The translations under genes were made by a program, and so were the position numbers. The notes beneath the pieces were generated by a model. That model was not told the origin of the DNA and did not search any database. It was given only the letters and a program-made list of their open reading frames with translations. DNA of 64,000 nt from the NCBI GenBank assembly GCA_002742845.1, contig DLUH01000002.1, positions 56,848 to 120,847 of the forward strand, given 5' to 3'. Source of the DNA: Sulfurovum sp. UBA12169. GTDB lineage: Bacteria > Campylobacterota > Campylobacteria > Campylobacterales > Sulfurovaceae. The stretch's first letter is position 1, and each line of letters begins with the position of its first letter. Positions 8,401 through 18,494 of the stretch are shown in pieces.

Positions 8401-10457
8401 TAAATAGTGATCTCTTTAATATCTGCAATATCTTTGAATGTTTTATAAACAGAACCTATCATGTGCTGTCTATTGATTCTAAGAGCAGTCTCTTCGGTAT
8501 TAACCATTACATCATCAAAGTAAGCATCAAGCTCTCTCTTGAGGCTAAAAAGCGCGTCAAGACGCTGTGAGTAGTCGCTAAATGTACCGTTGAGCACTTT
8601 CTCGTACGCATTGTAGAGTGACACTTCCGCTTCTTCTTTAAAAAGTGCAACATCCACACTCAAGTCATCTTCCAGGTTTAATTCTTTAGAAATATTTGCC
8701 ACACGCTTAAAGGTGCTAAACTGCTCTTTAAAAAATTCGCTTGAGACAACCCTGTTAAGCGCAGCTATTTTTTTGGCTATTTCATTGATATCTCTTTCTC
8801 CGGATGCCAATACCGCTGCGATCACTGAAGGATTGGCATCGAATGATTTGTTGATACGTTCGATGATAAAATCGCTTAGCATTTTCGTATCAAAATCTGC
8901 GTATTCATTTTTAAGCAACGTAATGATATCTTCGATATGAAAACTTAAATCATAAGCCGTAACAATTCTTATTATACCGTTAACTGCACGACGCAACGCA
9001 AAAGGATCTTTGGATCCCGTAGGGATTTTTCCGATGCTAAAGAGTCCAAAAAGCGTATCAAGTTTAATAGACATCGCTACAATGGCAGAAAAGATGGAGC
9101 CGGGAAGCTCTGCGCCTTCGCCTACAGGCATGTACTGCTCCTTGATTGCCGTATAGACCAGTTCCTTTTCTCCGAGCGCTTTTGCATAGTAATATCCCAT
9201 CAGTCCCTGAAGCTCGGTAAATTCATATACCATTTCACTCATAAGATCTGCTTTGGCCAGACTAATGGCTTTATCCATCTCTTTTTCAAGTACAATATTG
9301 TTTTTTCCTGTCTGTGCCTCTACTTTTTCCATATAAAGGCCCAGCAAACGCATCGCAATATGTTTTTCTCTTACGATCTTGTCCTTCAATGTCCCCAATC
9401 CGTCTATAAACTGCACCTTTTCCAATCCGGCCGTACTGAGACCTTTTTTAAGATCATTTCCATAAAAGAAAAGCCCATCAGAGAGCCTTGGCTTAAGAAC
9501 ACGTTCATTTCCTGCTATCACTTTGCTGTAATCATCAGTATACGCGTTGCTTACCACAACGAACTTGTTGGCGATTCTTCCGTTTTCAAAAACCGGAAAA
9601 TACCGCTGATGCTCTTTCATGGATGTGATGATAACTTCGGGAGGAAGTTCTAAAAAAAGCTTATCAAACGTACCCAGTAAGGCTTTAGGATTTTCTGTGA
9701 TAGCAACTACTTCATCCAGCAATGCTTCATCCCGCTCTATAAAAACATGATACTCTGATTCTAATGCATCAAACTGATTAAGTATTCTCTCTTTTCTGCT
9801 CTGAGGATAAAGTACAACTCCGCTACGTGCAAGAATCTCTTCGTATTCGTTTATATTGGGCACCTCGACAGCCTCTTGGTTGACCATCCGGTGCACAAAC
9901 GTTTTGGTATCTGATCTGACACCAAACAGTTCAACAGGTACGGATTTTTCTCCCAGTCTCGCCTGAATCCATCTGATGGGGCGGATAAATTCATCACTTC
10001 TGCTCCCCCATCGCATCATTTTTCCAAATGCCATCGAAAAGATCCATTTTTTTATCATCTCTTCAAGAAGCAAAGCAGTCGGGACACCCTTCTCTTCTTT
10101 TTTAAAATACAATACGCCCCTGCCATTGCTTTCTATCTGTTTCAGCTCAGATATACTCACACCGCATTTGCGTGCAAATCCCTCGGCTGCACCTGTAGGC
10201 TTGCCCTCTTTAAAAGCAGCCGCGAGAGGAGGACCCATGAGTTCGATTAGGCTGTCTTCTTGCTTGAGGGCTATTGCTTTATGGTTTAATACCAATCTTC
10301 TGGGGGTATAGATAAATTCAAAATCACAGTCTAATCTATACTCTTCAAGTATCGTTTTCCAAGAATTTTCAATAGTTGAAACAATCTTAAGCAGTGGTAT
10401 AGCGGGTAATTCTTCTACACCGATTTCTATGAGTAGCGGTTGTGTCATTTTGGACAA
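8400..10457 (-). CDS. glyS: Glycine--tRNA ligase beta subunit
   Basis: LLIEIGVEELP, TPRRL, FIRPIRW, EFTELQG and GSKDPFALRR. Confidence 0.97.
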   Translation of the reverse strand: MSKMTQPLLIEIGVEELPAIPLLKIVSTIENSWKTILEEYRLDCDFEFIYTPRRLVLNHKAIALKQEDSLIELMGPPLAAAFKEGKPTGAAEGFARKCGVSISELKQIESNGRGVLYFKKEEKGVPTALLLEEMIKKWIFSMAFGKMMRWGSRSDEFIRPIRWIQARLGEKSVPVELFGVRSDTKTFVHRMVNQEAVEVPNINEYEEILARSGVVLYPQSRKERILNQFDALESEYHVFIERDEALLDEVVAITENPKALLGTFDKLFLELPPEVIITSMKEHQRYFPVFENGRIANKFVVVSNAYTDDYSKVIAGNERVLKPRLSDGLFFYGNDLKKGLSTAGLEKVQFIDGLGTLKDKIVREKHIAMRLLGLYMEKVEAQTGKNNIVLEKEMDKAISLAKADLMSEMVYEFTELQGLMGYYYAKALGEKELVYTAIKEQYMPVGEGAELPGSIFSAIVAMSIKLDTLFGLFSIGKIPTGSKDPFALRRAVNGIIRIVTAYDLSFHIEDIITLLKNEYADFDTKMLSDFIIERINKSFDANPSVIAAVLASGERDINEIAKKIAALNRVVSSEFFKEQFSTFKRVANISKELNLEDDLSVDVALFKEEAEVSLYNAYEKVLNGTFSDYSQRLDALFSLKRELDAYFDDVMVNTEETALRINRQHMIGSVYKTFKDIADIKEITI

Positions 10458-10511
10458 TCCTATGAAAGTTTAAATAGGCATTATTTTATCCAAGAGTTAG
10501 TAAAGAGGGGG

Positions 10512-10661
10512 TTAATCTTTCTCGCCAGGGTCATCTAGCATGTCTATTCTTCTTCCCTCGTCATCAAATTTGCTTTTATAGTAGTTTTTCACGATACCAA
10601 AGGTAATAAAAACAAAAATTATTACTGCAGCAACATACACTATATCTCCGAACGACATCAT
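10512..10661 (-). CDS. 49-aa single-pass membrane protein, not in the ORF track
   Basis: MMSFGDIVYVAAVIIFVFITFGIVKNYYKSKFDDEGRRIDMLDDPGEKD*. SD AAGGAGA. ATGA overlap with the trmL stop. Confidence 0.8.
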   Translation of the reverse strand: MMSFGDIVYVAAVIIFVFITFGIVKNYYKSKFDDEGRRIDMLDDPGEKD

Positions 10662-11152
10662 TTCTCCTTTAAGCTGTTAGCAATGGTAATCTTTTTAAAT
10701 CCCTCATAATTTTGACGCAAGGCTTCATAAGTGATGATCCCTACACTGATGCCAAGATTCAAACTTCTTCCTTCGCCGCCCATCGGGACTGTGATGCACT
10801 GCTTTGGATTTTTAAGCAATACTTTTTCGTCGATTCCTTTGGTTTCTGACCCAAAAAGAATAAAATCCCCTTTTTTGAATGTTGCATTAAAATAAAGATT
10901 GTCTGTTTTTGTTGTAGCCAAATGCATATGCTCATCCACCGGATGCGCTGCAAGAAAATCAGAGAAACACTCCCACACCACCAGATCCAATTTGTCCCAA
11001 TAATCCAGCCCTGCTCTTTTGACGGCCTTGTCATCAATATCAAAACCAAGAGGCTTAACCAGATGCAGCGTCGCACCAAGATTGACGCAAAGTCTGCCTA
11101 TGGTGCCTGTATTGGGCGGGATTTGTGGCTCTACAAGTACAATATTGAACAT
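10658..11152 (-). CDS. trmL: tRNA (cytidine/uridine-34-2'-O)-methyltransferase
   Basis: PQIPPNTGTIGRLC, RAGLDYW, FGSETKG and RSLNL (SPOUT fold). Confidence 0.95.
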   Translation of the reverse strand: MFNIVLVEPQIPPNTGTIGRLCVNLGATLHLVKPLGFDIDDKAVKRAGLDYWDKLDLVVWECFSDFLAAHPVDEHMHLATTKTDNLYFNATFKKGDFILFGSETKGIDEKVLLKNPKQCITVPMGGEGRSLNLGISVGIITYEALRQNYEGFKKITIANSLKEK

Positions 11153-11989
11153 TTAAAAAACTACCGTTTTATTGCCGTTTACAAAGACTCTGTCGCTCAA
11201 CACCAAAGAGAGCGCACGCGAAAGAACGATTTTCTCCACATCGCGCCCTGCACGCTGCATATCCCTCCATTCAAACCGGTGACTTACAGCAATCACGTCT
11301 TGGGCGATAATGGGGCCTTCATCCAGATCATTTGTCACATAATGCGCTGTCGCGCCAATAATCTTCACACCTCTTTCAAATGCTTGTTTATAGGGATTGG
11401 CGCCGATAAATGCGGGCAAAAAAGAGTGGTGAATATTAATGATTTTTTGCCCATATGCCTCCACAAATAAAGGGGTTAGGATTCTCATATATTTTGCAAG
11501 AACGATATAGTCAAATTCAAATTCATTCACCAGCTTCATCACATGTCTTTCATGCTCTTCTCTTTCAAGTCCCTCTGCAGGCACATGGAAAAAAGGAATA
11601 TCAAATCTTCTCACCAGCTCTTCGAGGATATCGTGGTTTGAAATCACACACTCTATTTCCGCATCCAGCTCCCCGTCGGCATACTTAATGAGAATATCCC
11701 CAAGCGCATGAGATTCTTTGGTAACCATCAGTATAATTTTTTTTGGTTTGGGCTCTATCACCCTTACATTCGCATCATTAGGAATAGCCTCTTTTAACGC
11801 GGCACTCAACTCTTGCACATCAAACATTCCGCTCACAACCGAACGCATAAAAAATTTTTCTATCTCTTTGTCAACAAACTCTTGGTTGTTGTCTATATTG
11901 AGATTTCGATCATAAAAAACTTTGCTTATCTTGTAAACAAGTCCTTTTTCATCGCGGCAATCGATCAAAACCCTGGCTTTTTTTTCCAT
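11153..11989 (-). CDS. purU: Formyltetrahydrofolate deformylase
   Basis: ACT-like N-terminus, VLAKYMRIL, INIHHSFLPAFIGANPY and DEGPII. Confidence 0.96.
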   Translation of the reverse strand: MEKKARVLIDCRDEKGLVYKISKVFYDRNLNIDNNQEFVDKEIEKFFMRSVVSGMFDVQELSAALKEAIPNDANVRVIEPKPKKIILMVTKESHALGDILIKYADGELDAEIECVISNHDILEELVRRFDIPFFHVPAEGLEREEHERHVMKLVNEFEFDYIVLAKYMRILTPLFVEAYGQKIINIHHSFLPAFIGANPYKQAFERGVKIIGATAHYVTNDLDEGPIIAQDVIAVSHRFEWRDMQRAGRDVEKIVLSRALSLVLSDRVFVNGNKTVVF

Positions 11990-12126
11990 TCTGCACTCTT
12001 GTATTTAAAATTGCGCCATTATACCAACTTTTCTCTAAGGTCATCTCGTTTAGAGTTTATCTTGCGGCGTCCTCGCTTTGTAGCCAATATCAATCTCCAT
12101 CAAATTAAATATATATCCGCTTGCCC

Positions 12127-12684
12127 TTAAAGATCTCTTGTTATTTTTTCTGCCTGATATCGGTAAATAACGGGATGTGCATCAAGACAATTCCCCGACA
12201 AACCTGCTTTTTGGCAAAGAGAACCAAAAAAATCATCAAAATGAGGCAACTGCTCCCATACAGACGGCAAATAGGTCGCCTGATAATTTCCTTGCTTTAA
12301 AATAACTCCGTCTGTTTTGGGGCGGATAATTTGGCGCAAAGATTTTTTGTCGGCGTAAGAAACTTCTTTGGGAGAAGTAAGAAGAGAGATTTCCAATTCT
12401 ATTTTATCAAACTCCTCTACACCCAGAGGCAAAAATCTCGGATCACTGAATGCTGCGGCTTTGGCATTATAAATGACGTCCTCTATCAAAGGCCGATGAG
12501 CTATGATCGAGCCAATGCATCCTCTAAGCCTATGATTTTCATTAAGTGTGACAAAAACCGCTCCATATTCTTGAAGCCAAGGATACTGTGCAATCCATTT
12601 GTTTTTGTCTATTTGTTGTTGTCTGCCTGCAAATTCTTCTTCGATAGCCTCTAGGGCAATATCCAATAATATTCTTTTATCCAT
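12127..12684 (-). CDS. amrA: AMMECR1-domain protein (AmmeMemoRadiSam system protein A)
   Basis: GAVFVTL, RLRGCIG, AAFSDPRF, ATYLPSVW and LCQKAG. Confidence 0.9.
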   Translation of the reverse strand: MDKRILLDIALEAIEEEFAGRQQQIDKNKWIAQYPWLQEYGAVFVTLNENHRLRGCIGSIIAHRPLIEDVIYNAKAAAFSDPRFLPLGVEEFDKIELEISLLTSPKEVSYADKKSLRQIIRPKTDGVILKQGNYQATYLPSVWEQLPHFDDFFGSLCQKAGLSGNCLDAHPVIYRYQAEKITRDL

Positions 12685-12732
12685 ATTCCTATCCTGCTTT
12701 TTATTTTTGAAATCTTAAAATACTCTTAAAAA

Positions 12733-13890
12733 TTATACTCCCTTTTTGGTGTAAAAAGCAATCTCTTTTTCTATTCTTTTGGCTAACTCCTCTCCCAACT
12801 CCTTACCCAGAAAACCCTCATCTAGCAATAGTTTTGCTGTTGTCGCAGGCTTAAATGGTTTTTCCCAAACGCCAAGTGCCCGAGCCAAAGAAACCACGCG
12901 AGGATCATAATTTCCCAAATACTGGATAATTCCTTCTTTTAGGGCCATACGCAATACAAATCCAACATCTACCGCAGAAGGCAAAAGTGGAAGCCGGCTT
13001 ACTTTTTTGTAATAACATTTAGGAACGCCCAATAGTTTTAATACGTGCTCTATGTCAGTTTTGAGATATTTTCTAGCAATAAAAAGAAAATAATAGGGTC
13101 GCAGCGCCTCTTGAAAATACTTTTGCCCATTTTGCAGTTCTTTGCTCCACGATATAAACGTTTTTTGATCTATCTTTTCGTTAAAAAGTTTTTTCGCAAT
13201 CCCCAGCGCAAACAAGTAGTAAAGCCCGTAATGCAGATAGGTGCCTTTAAACATTTTTTCAAATTCCAAAAAGATACGCTCTTTGGGAAGATCCTCCAGC
13301 GAAATATTTTGGCACAAATTGCAACTTTTTTTTTCTACCTTAAAGCCAAGACGTGCCGCAAACTGCATTGCACGCAGCACCCTCAAGCTGTCTTCAGCAA
13401 AGCTTTTTTCATCAACCACTTTAAGATGTTTTTGCCGCAAGTCTTCCAGTCCGTTCCAAAAATCAAGGATCTGCTCCTTTTCAATATCATACATCAATGC
13501 ATTAATGGTAAAATCTCTTCGTCTCGATGCTTCTCTCTCGCCGCTGGCCAACACAACACGAAAGCCTTTATGTCCTTTGCCCGATTTCGTCTCTTTTCGA
13601 GGCAAAGAGATATCCAGATTGTGAAATTTATAAACAAAAAAGTTTTTGCCTACGCCTTCTGCCCCCAAATTTATCATTGCTTTTTCAAACTCTTCTATGG
13701 AGATATTAAAACATTCAATATCATAATCTTGACAATCACGCCCAAGCAGTCTGTCGCGTACAGCACCGCCGACAATATAGCATTTAGCATGACAGTTGTG
13801 CATTAAATATTGAGTGGCCGTTTGTATATGCCGGAGTGTATCAGAAGAGGTTTGAGAGAAGAAATTTGAAAAAGATGTGGTAGTGGGCAT
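12733..13890 (-). CDS. cca: CCA tRNA nucleotidyltransferase
   Basis: YIVGGAVRD, DYDIE, RRDFTINAL and EDSLRVLRAMQFAAR. Start placed at MPTTT behind SD AAGGGG. Confidence 0.92.
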   Translation of the reverse strand: MPTTTSFSNFFSQTSSDTLRHIQTATQYLMHNCHAKCYIVGGAVRDRLLGRDCQDYDIECFNISIEEFEKAMINLGAEGVGKNFFVYKFHNLDISLPRKETKSGKGHKGFRVVLASGEREASRRRDFTINALMYDIEKEQILDFWNGLEDLRQKHLKVVDEKSFAEDSLRVLRAMQFAARLGFKVEKKSCNLCQNISLEDLPKERIFLEFEKMFKGTYLHYGLYYLFALGIAKKLFNEKIDQKTFISWSKELQNGQKYFQEALRPYYFLFIARKYLKTDIEHVLKLLGVPKCYYKKVSRLPLLPSAVDVGFVLRMALKEGIIQYLGNYDPRVVSLARALGVWEKPFKPATTAKLLLDEGFLGKELGEELAKRIEKEIAFYTKKGV

Positions 13891-13941
13891 AGATGACCCC
13901 TTTATCATTCTCTAGCCATGGTCATAAATGATAACCGGCCG

Positions 13942-13969
13942 GCCGGGCTTCTTGACAAAGAACCCCGGC
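13942..13969. other. GC-rich stem-loop between leuB and cca
   Basis: GCCGGG-c-TTCTT-gaca-AAGAA-c-CCCGGC. No U-tract on the coding (minus) strand, so it may be a stability element rather than a terminator. Confidence 0.55.
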
Positions 13970-14018
13970 ATTGGACCCTTTTAGCGGGCCGTTACAGAAC
14001 GCACCTTAGCAAGAAATG

Positions 14019-15086
14019 CTATCTTGAGGCATAATCAGCTATGATGTCGCCCATTTCACTGCAAGTGCAGATCTCTTTGGCATCATAATCTCCGATGTCA
14101 GCCGTTCTGTATCCTTCGCTCAATGCTTTCTTGATCGCTTCATCGATCTTATCGGCCGCCTTGCTTTCATTGAGCGCATAACGAAGCATCATGCTTGCAC
14201 TGGAGATGGTCGCAAGCGGATTGGCAATCCCCTGTCCGGCGATATCCGGCGCAGAACCATGAATCGGTTCAAAAAGCCCTACTCCTTTGCCTATACTTGC
14301 GCTAGGCAAAAGACCGATGGAACCGCTTAGCATACTCGCTGCATCCGAAAGAATGTCACCAAAAATATTTCCTGTCAAGATAACGTCAAACTGTTTTGGG
14401 TCACGAATAAGCTGCATAGCCGCATTATCTACATACATATGAGAAAGCTCCACTTCAGGATAATCTTTAGCTACCTCTTCAACGATCTCTCTCCAAAACT
14501 GGCTCACTTCAAGCACGTTGGCTTTATCTACCGAACAAATACGTTTATTGCGTTTCATAGCTATGTCAAATGCTACAATTGCGATGCGCTTTACCTCTTC
14601 TCTCGTATACCGCATCGTATTGAAAGCTTCATTTTCATGAAGCTCTCTTGGCTGGCCAAAGTAGATACCGCCGGTAAGTTCACGCACAACCATAATATCC
14701 ACCCCTTTGATCACAGAGGGTTTCAAACTTGAAGCATTGACCAATTCATCATAAACAATTGCCGGACGAAGATTTGCAAAGGTTCCCATCTCTTTACGAA
14801 GCCCCAAAAGACCTGTTTCCGGACGAAGATGTCTTTCAAGTTTGTCCCATTTAGGTCCGCCGATTGCACCAAAAAGCACAGCATCACACTTCTTGACCCC
14901 CTGAATCGTCTCATCAGGAAGAGGTACGCCTGCCTCATCTATCGCCGCACCGCCGAGCAACATCTCTTCATACTTAAGATTAAACCCTTGTGCAACCGAC
15001 ACAGCATCAAGCACTTTGATCGCTTCGTCCACAATTTCAGGGCCTATTCCATCGCCTTTAATGATACCTATTTTATAACTTTTCAT
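14019..15086 (-). CDS. leuB: 3-isopropylmalate dehydrogenase
   Basis: [35 protein letters not shown] and [12 protein letters not shown]. Confidence 0.98.
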   Translation of the reverse strand: MKSYKIGIIKGDGIGPEIVDEAIKVLDAVSVAQGFNLKYEEMLLGGAAIDEAGVPLPDETIQGVKKCDAVLFGAIGGPKWDKLERHLRPETGLLGLRKEMGTFANLRPAIVYDELVNASSLKPSVIKGVDIMVVRELTGGIYFGQPRELHENEAFNTMRYTREEVKRIAIVAFDIAMKRNKRICSVDKANVLEVSQFWREIVEEVAKDYPEVELSHMYVDNAAMQLIRDPKQFDVILTGNIFGDILSDAASMLSGSIGLLPSASIGKGVGLFEPIHGSAPDIAGQGIANPLATISSASMMLRYALNESKAADKIDEAIKKALSEGYRTADIGDYDAKEICTCSEMGDIIADYASR

Positions 15087-15089
15087 TTA

Positions 15090-15584
15090 TTACGCCTTTG
15101 CTTTTCTAATCTCTTCTTTGGCAAATTCTATCAATCCGCCTGCATTGACAAGTTCTTGCATAAAATCAGGAATGGAAGAAAATTTATATGTTTTTGCCTG
15201 TGTAACATTGATGACTTCCCCCGCATTCATATCGATTCTCACCACATCTCCTTCATTGATCTCTTCGGCTTCTTTAAGCTCAAAGATAGGAAGCCCCATA
15301 TTGAACGCATTTCTATAAAAAATACGTGCAAATGTAGGCGCAATGACGGCATTAACTCCTGCTGCCTTCAGCGCAATAGGCGCATGTTCTCGGCTTGAGC
15401 CGCAACCAAAATTTTCTCCCGCAACAATGATATCTCCCTCTTTCATCTTGGAAACAAACTCAGGATCTGCATCTTCCATAACATGTTTTGCCAATTCGCT
15501 TGGCTCGCTTGTGTTGAGATATCTTGCCGCGATAATAAGATCTGTATCGATATTATCACCAAATTTCCAAACTTTACCTTGCAA
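15090..15584 (-). CDS. leuD: 3-isopropylmalate dehydratase small subunit (short type)
   Basis: GKVWKFGDNIDTD, NFGCGSSREHA and FARIFYRNAFNMGLP. TTG start at 15584 behind SD AAGGA. Confidence 0.93.
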   Translation of the reverse strand: MQGKVWKFGDNIDTDLIIAARYLNTSEPSELAKHVMEDADPEFVSKMKEGDIIVAGENFGCGSSREHAPIALKAAGVNAVIAPTFARIFYRNAFNMGLPIFELKEAEEINEGDVVRIDMNAGEVINVTQAKTYKFSSIPDFMQELVNAGGLIEFAKEEIRKAKA

Positions 15585-15746
15585 AACTATTCCTTTTTTT
15601 CTAATTTTATTCAGGAGCATTTCGTTTTCTCTTTCAACAAGAACAGACAAAATTGCTTAATTGTTTATTGTCTGCCAAAGCTTTGCTTTCACGCCGAAAC
15701 ACAAAACAACTCTGTTTCCCCGGAAGAAAGAGTAAAAATTTTTGCG

Positions 15747-15810
15747 ATTATAGCCGAAAAAATAAAATTTATCAAATTTAACTCACTTTTTAATTAAATT
15801 TGGGTATAAT
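15747..15810. promoter_or_regulatory. Divergent -10 boxes for leuD (minus, 15747-15752) and rpoD (plus, 15805-15810)
   Basis: Perfect TATAAT on each strand in an AT-rich intergenic region. Confidence 0.6.
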
Positions 15811-15863
15811 CCACCTTAAATTATTCTTAACTTAAATATAACCTCACCCAATCAAGGATCTCC

Positions 15864-17729
15864 ATGTCAGTAAAAGACGGTATAAAAAACGTAGAAACAC
15901 TATTTAGTTCCAAGAAAAAAGGCGATGTCATCACTCTTGAAAACATTGCAAAAGAATTCGGCAAACAAATCACACTCGCTCAGGCAAAAAAAATTCAAAA
16001 ACTTGCAGCCGATACAAAAGTAGAAATTATTTCTGCCTCAGAACATGCCAAATATATTACCTCCAAAGAGGCGCAAAAAAAAATAGACGACAGAAAAAAG
16101 CTTTCACAGTCTGATGCCGAAGATGAATTTGATCTCCATAAAGAAAAAGAACTTCTCGAATGGAGCCGTTCAGACAGCCCTGTAAGAATGTACTTGCGCG
16201 AAATGGGCAAAATCCCTCTGCTTACAAAAGATGAAGAGATCGATTTAAGTATACGTATTGAAGAAGGAGAAGAAATCATTATCGATGCAATCTGTTCGGT
16301 TCCCTATCTCATCCAATATATTTTAAACTATAAAGAACCACTTTTAAATCGTGAAAGACGGGTAAAAGAGCTTTTTAAGAGTTTTGAAGATGAAAAAGGC
16401 GATTCGGATAATGATGAAGACGACAGCGACGATGAAGATACGGAAGCAGAAGAAAGAGAAGAAGGCGTACCCAAAAACGACAAAAGAGTCATGCAGGTCG
16501 TAGACAGCTTTAAACAACTCGAAAAAGCCAAAAAAGAGTGGATGAAATCGCGTGATGAACTTTTTAAAGTACTGCAATCCCAAACGGATGAAGACATCAT
16601 TCTGCATGAACGTCTTAAGGTGGCATTCAAAAAAGAACAACTCAAGTCAGCGCTGCTTAACCTTGGGCCTACAAGCAAACTTATCAATGAGCTTGTCAAG
16701 GCGATGGAAACAGCACTCAAATCTGATGACAGTTTCGATAAAGAGCTTAAACGATTGGAATACAAACTTCCGCTTTTTAATGATACACTTAAAAAAAACC
16801 ATCAAAAAATCTTAAACAATATCATCAATATGGACAAAGACGACATTATCAATGCTGTGCCTGAAACTACTATGGTGAGTACGTATGTCGAAATCAAAAA
16901 ACTGTTCGAAACCAGAGAAGCAAGCAAGGGCGGATTTGATTTGAGCGAAGAAAAGCTTCAGGAGATTCTCAATCAAATCCGCCAAGGCAAAGCCATCAGC
17001 GAAAAAGCCAAAACGCGTATGGCAAAATCAAATCTTCGATTGGTTGTTTCTATCGCCAAACGCTATACCAACCGCGGACTTCCGTTTCTTGATCTTATTC
17101 AAGAAGGCAATATCGGATTGATGAAAGCCGTAGATAAATTTGAATATGAAAAAGGTTACAAATTTTCAACCTATGCCACATGGTGGATCCGTCAAGCAAT
17201 CAGCCGTGCCATTGCAGATCAAGCGCGAACGATCCGTATCCCTATCCATATGATAGAAACTATCAACCGCATCAATAAAATCATCCGTAAATACCTTCAA
17301 GAAACAGGAAAAGAGCCTGATCTTGATACGATCGCTAAAGAGGTGGGGCTCTCCGTAGATAAAGTCAAAAATGTCATCAAGATCACCAAAGAACCTGTGA
17401 GCCTCGAAACGCCGGTGGGAGACGAAGATGATGGCAGATTTGGCGACTTTATCGAAGACAAAACAACACTCAGCCCAACCGATGTTGTACTCAAAGATGA
17501 CCTTAACTCCCAAATCGATGATGTGCTTGACCAACTCAACGAAAGAGAAAAAGCTGTCATACGCATGCGCTTTGGACTGCTTGAAGACGAGAGTGACAGA
17601 ACGCTTGAAGAGATCGGCAAAGAACTCAATGTTACACGCGAAAGAGTTCGTCAAATCGAATCTTCTGCGATCAAGAAACTCAAACACCCCAAAGTGGGCA
17701 GAAAACTGAAAAACTACATTGAAGAGTAA
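15864..17729 (+). CDS. rpoD: Primary sigma factor RpoD
   Basis: [51 protein letters not shown] and TRERVRQIE. Confidence 0.99.
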   Translation: MSVKDGIKNVETLFSSKKKGDVITLENIAKEFGKQITLAQAKKIQKLAADTKVEIISASEHAKYITSKEAQKKIDDRKKLSQSDAEDEFDLHKEKELLEWSRSDSPVRMYLREMGKIPLLTKDEEIDLSIRIEEGEEIIIDAICSVPYLIQYILNYKEPLLNRERRVKELFKSFEDEKGDSDNDEDDSDDEDTEAEEREEGVPKNDKRVMQVVDSFKQLEKAKKEWMKSRDELFKVLQSQTDEDIILHERLKVAFKKEQLKSALLNLGPTSKLINELVKAMETALKSDDSFDKELKRLEYKLPLFNDTLKKNHQKILNNIINMDKDDIINAVPETTMVSTYVEIKKLFETREASKGGFDLSEEKLQEILNQIRQGKAISEKAKTRMAKSNLRLVVSIAKRYTNRGLPFLDLIQEGNIGLMKAVDKFEYEKGYKFSTYATWWIRQAISRAIADQARTIRIPIHMIETINRINKIIRKYLQETGKEPDLDTIAKEVGLSVDKVKNVIKITKEPVSLETPVGDEDDGRFGDFIEDKTTLSPTDVVLKDDLNSQIDDVLDQLNEREKAVIRMRFGLLEDESDRTLEEIGKELNVTRERVRQIESSAIKKLKHPKVGRKLKNYIEE

Positions 17730-17732
17730 ACG

Positions 17733-18491
17733 GTGAACCGTCCTCGTTTTTTTGTTCTTATTATAGGCACAGAGATACTCAATCAAAGAAGAGCGGACAA
17801 ACATTTTGATTTTATGGCAAATGCGTTGGCCAAAAGGGGAGAAAAACTCTCCGGCTCTTTTGTTATCGAAGATGATCCTGTATTGATCACGCAAACCATT
17901 AAATTTATAGCATCTCAGCCCCATAGCGTTCTTTTTAGTTTTGGAGGCATCGGTTCAACTCCGGATGACCATACAAGAAAATGTGCCGCTGCCGCATTGA
18001 GAGACGGCTCGATTTTAGTCCATGAAGAAGCCAAGAAGATCATAGAGACCACATTGGGGGACAAAGCCTACCCCTATCCTATCCGTATGGCAGAACTTCC
18101 AAGGGGTGCAAAACTTCTTGATAATCCCATCAATAAAATGCCCGGCTTTTCATTGGATGACCGGTATTTCTTTATGCCTGGTTTTCCGCAAATGAGCCAT
18201 CCCATGGCAGAAGAAATACTCATAAAATTTCTTCCCAAGAAACAAACCTATTATCGCTACACACTCACTGCACTCTGCAGAGAAAACGAACTGATTGAGG
18301 TGATGGAAAAAATGCCAAAAGGCGTAGAGCTTTCTTCTTTGCCCAAACTTTACAGTGATGGTCCGCGTGTTTGCATCTCTATAGCATCCTACGACGATGC
18401 ATTAGCAAAAGAAGCATTTGAAATGTATATCCGCGCACTTGATAAAAAAAAGATTTCTTACGGTTTTCACGATGAACCCAATTTTTCCTAA
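17733..18491 (+). CDS. CinA-like molybdopterin-binding-domain protein
   Basis: IIGTEIL, FGGIGSTPDDHT and FMPGFP. Confidence 0.85.
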   Translation: MNRPRFFVLIIGTEILNQRRADKHFDFMANALAKRGEKLSGSFVIEDDPVLITQTIKFIASQPHSVLFSFGGIGSTPDDHTRKCAAAALRDGSILVHEEAKKIIETTLGDKAYPYPIRMAELPRGAKLLDNPINKMPGFSLDDRYFFMPGFPQMSHPMAEEILIKFLPKKQTYYRYTLTALCRENELIEVMEKMPKGVELSSLPKLYSDGPRVCISIASYDDALAKEAFEMYIRALDKKKISYGFHDEPNFS

Positions 18492-18494
18492 TAC

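Noticed and set aside
12040-12095. 16-codon ORF MEIDIGYKARTPQDKL between amrA and purU
   Set aside because: Too short, with no SD and no distinctive features.
13045-13806. Long antisense ORFs (e.g. 13045-13806, 17166-17924, 32480-33142, 4003-4575, 10922-11470, 527-1141)
   Set aside because: They lie fully opposite well-supported genes, have no motifs or SD, and show the skewed composition of shadow frames.
15601-15740. Leucine attenuator leader peptide
   Set aside because: There is no start codon with SD leading into Leu-rich codons, and no U-tailed terminator.
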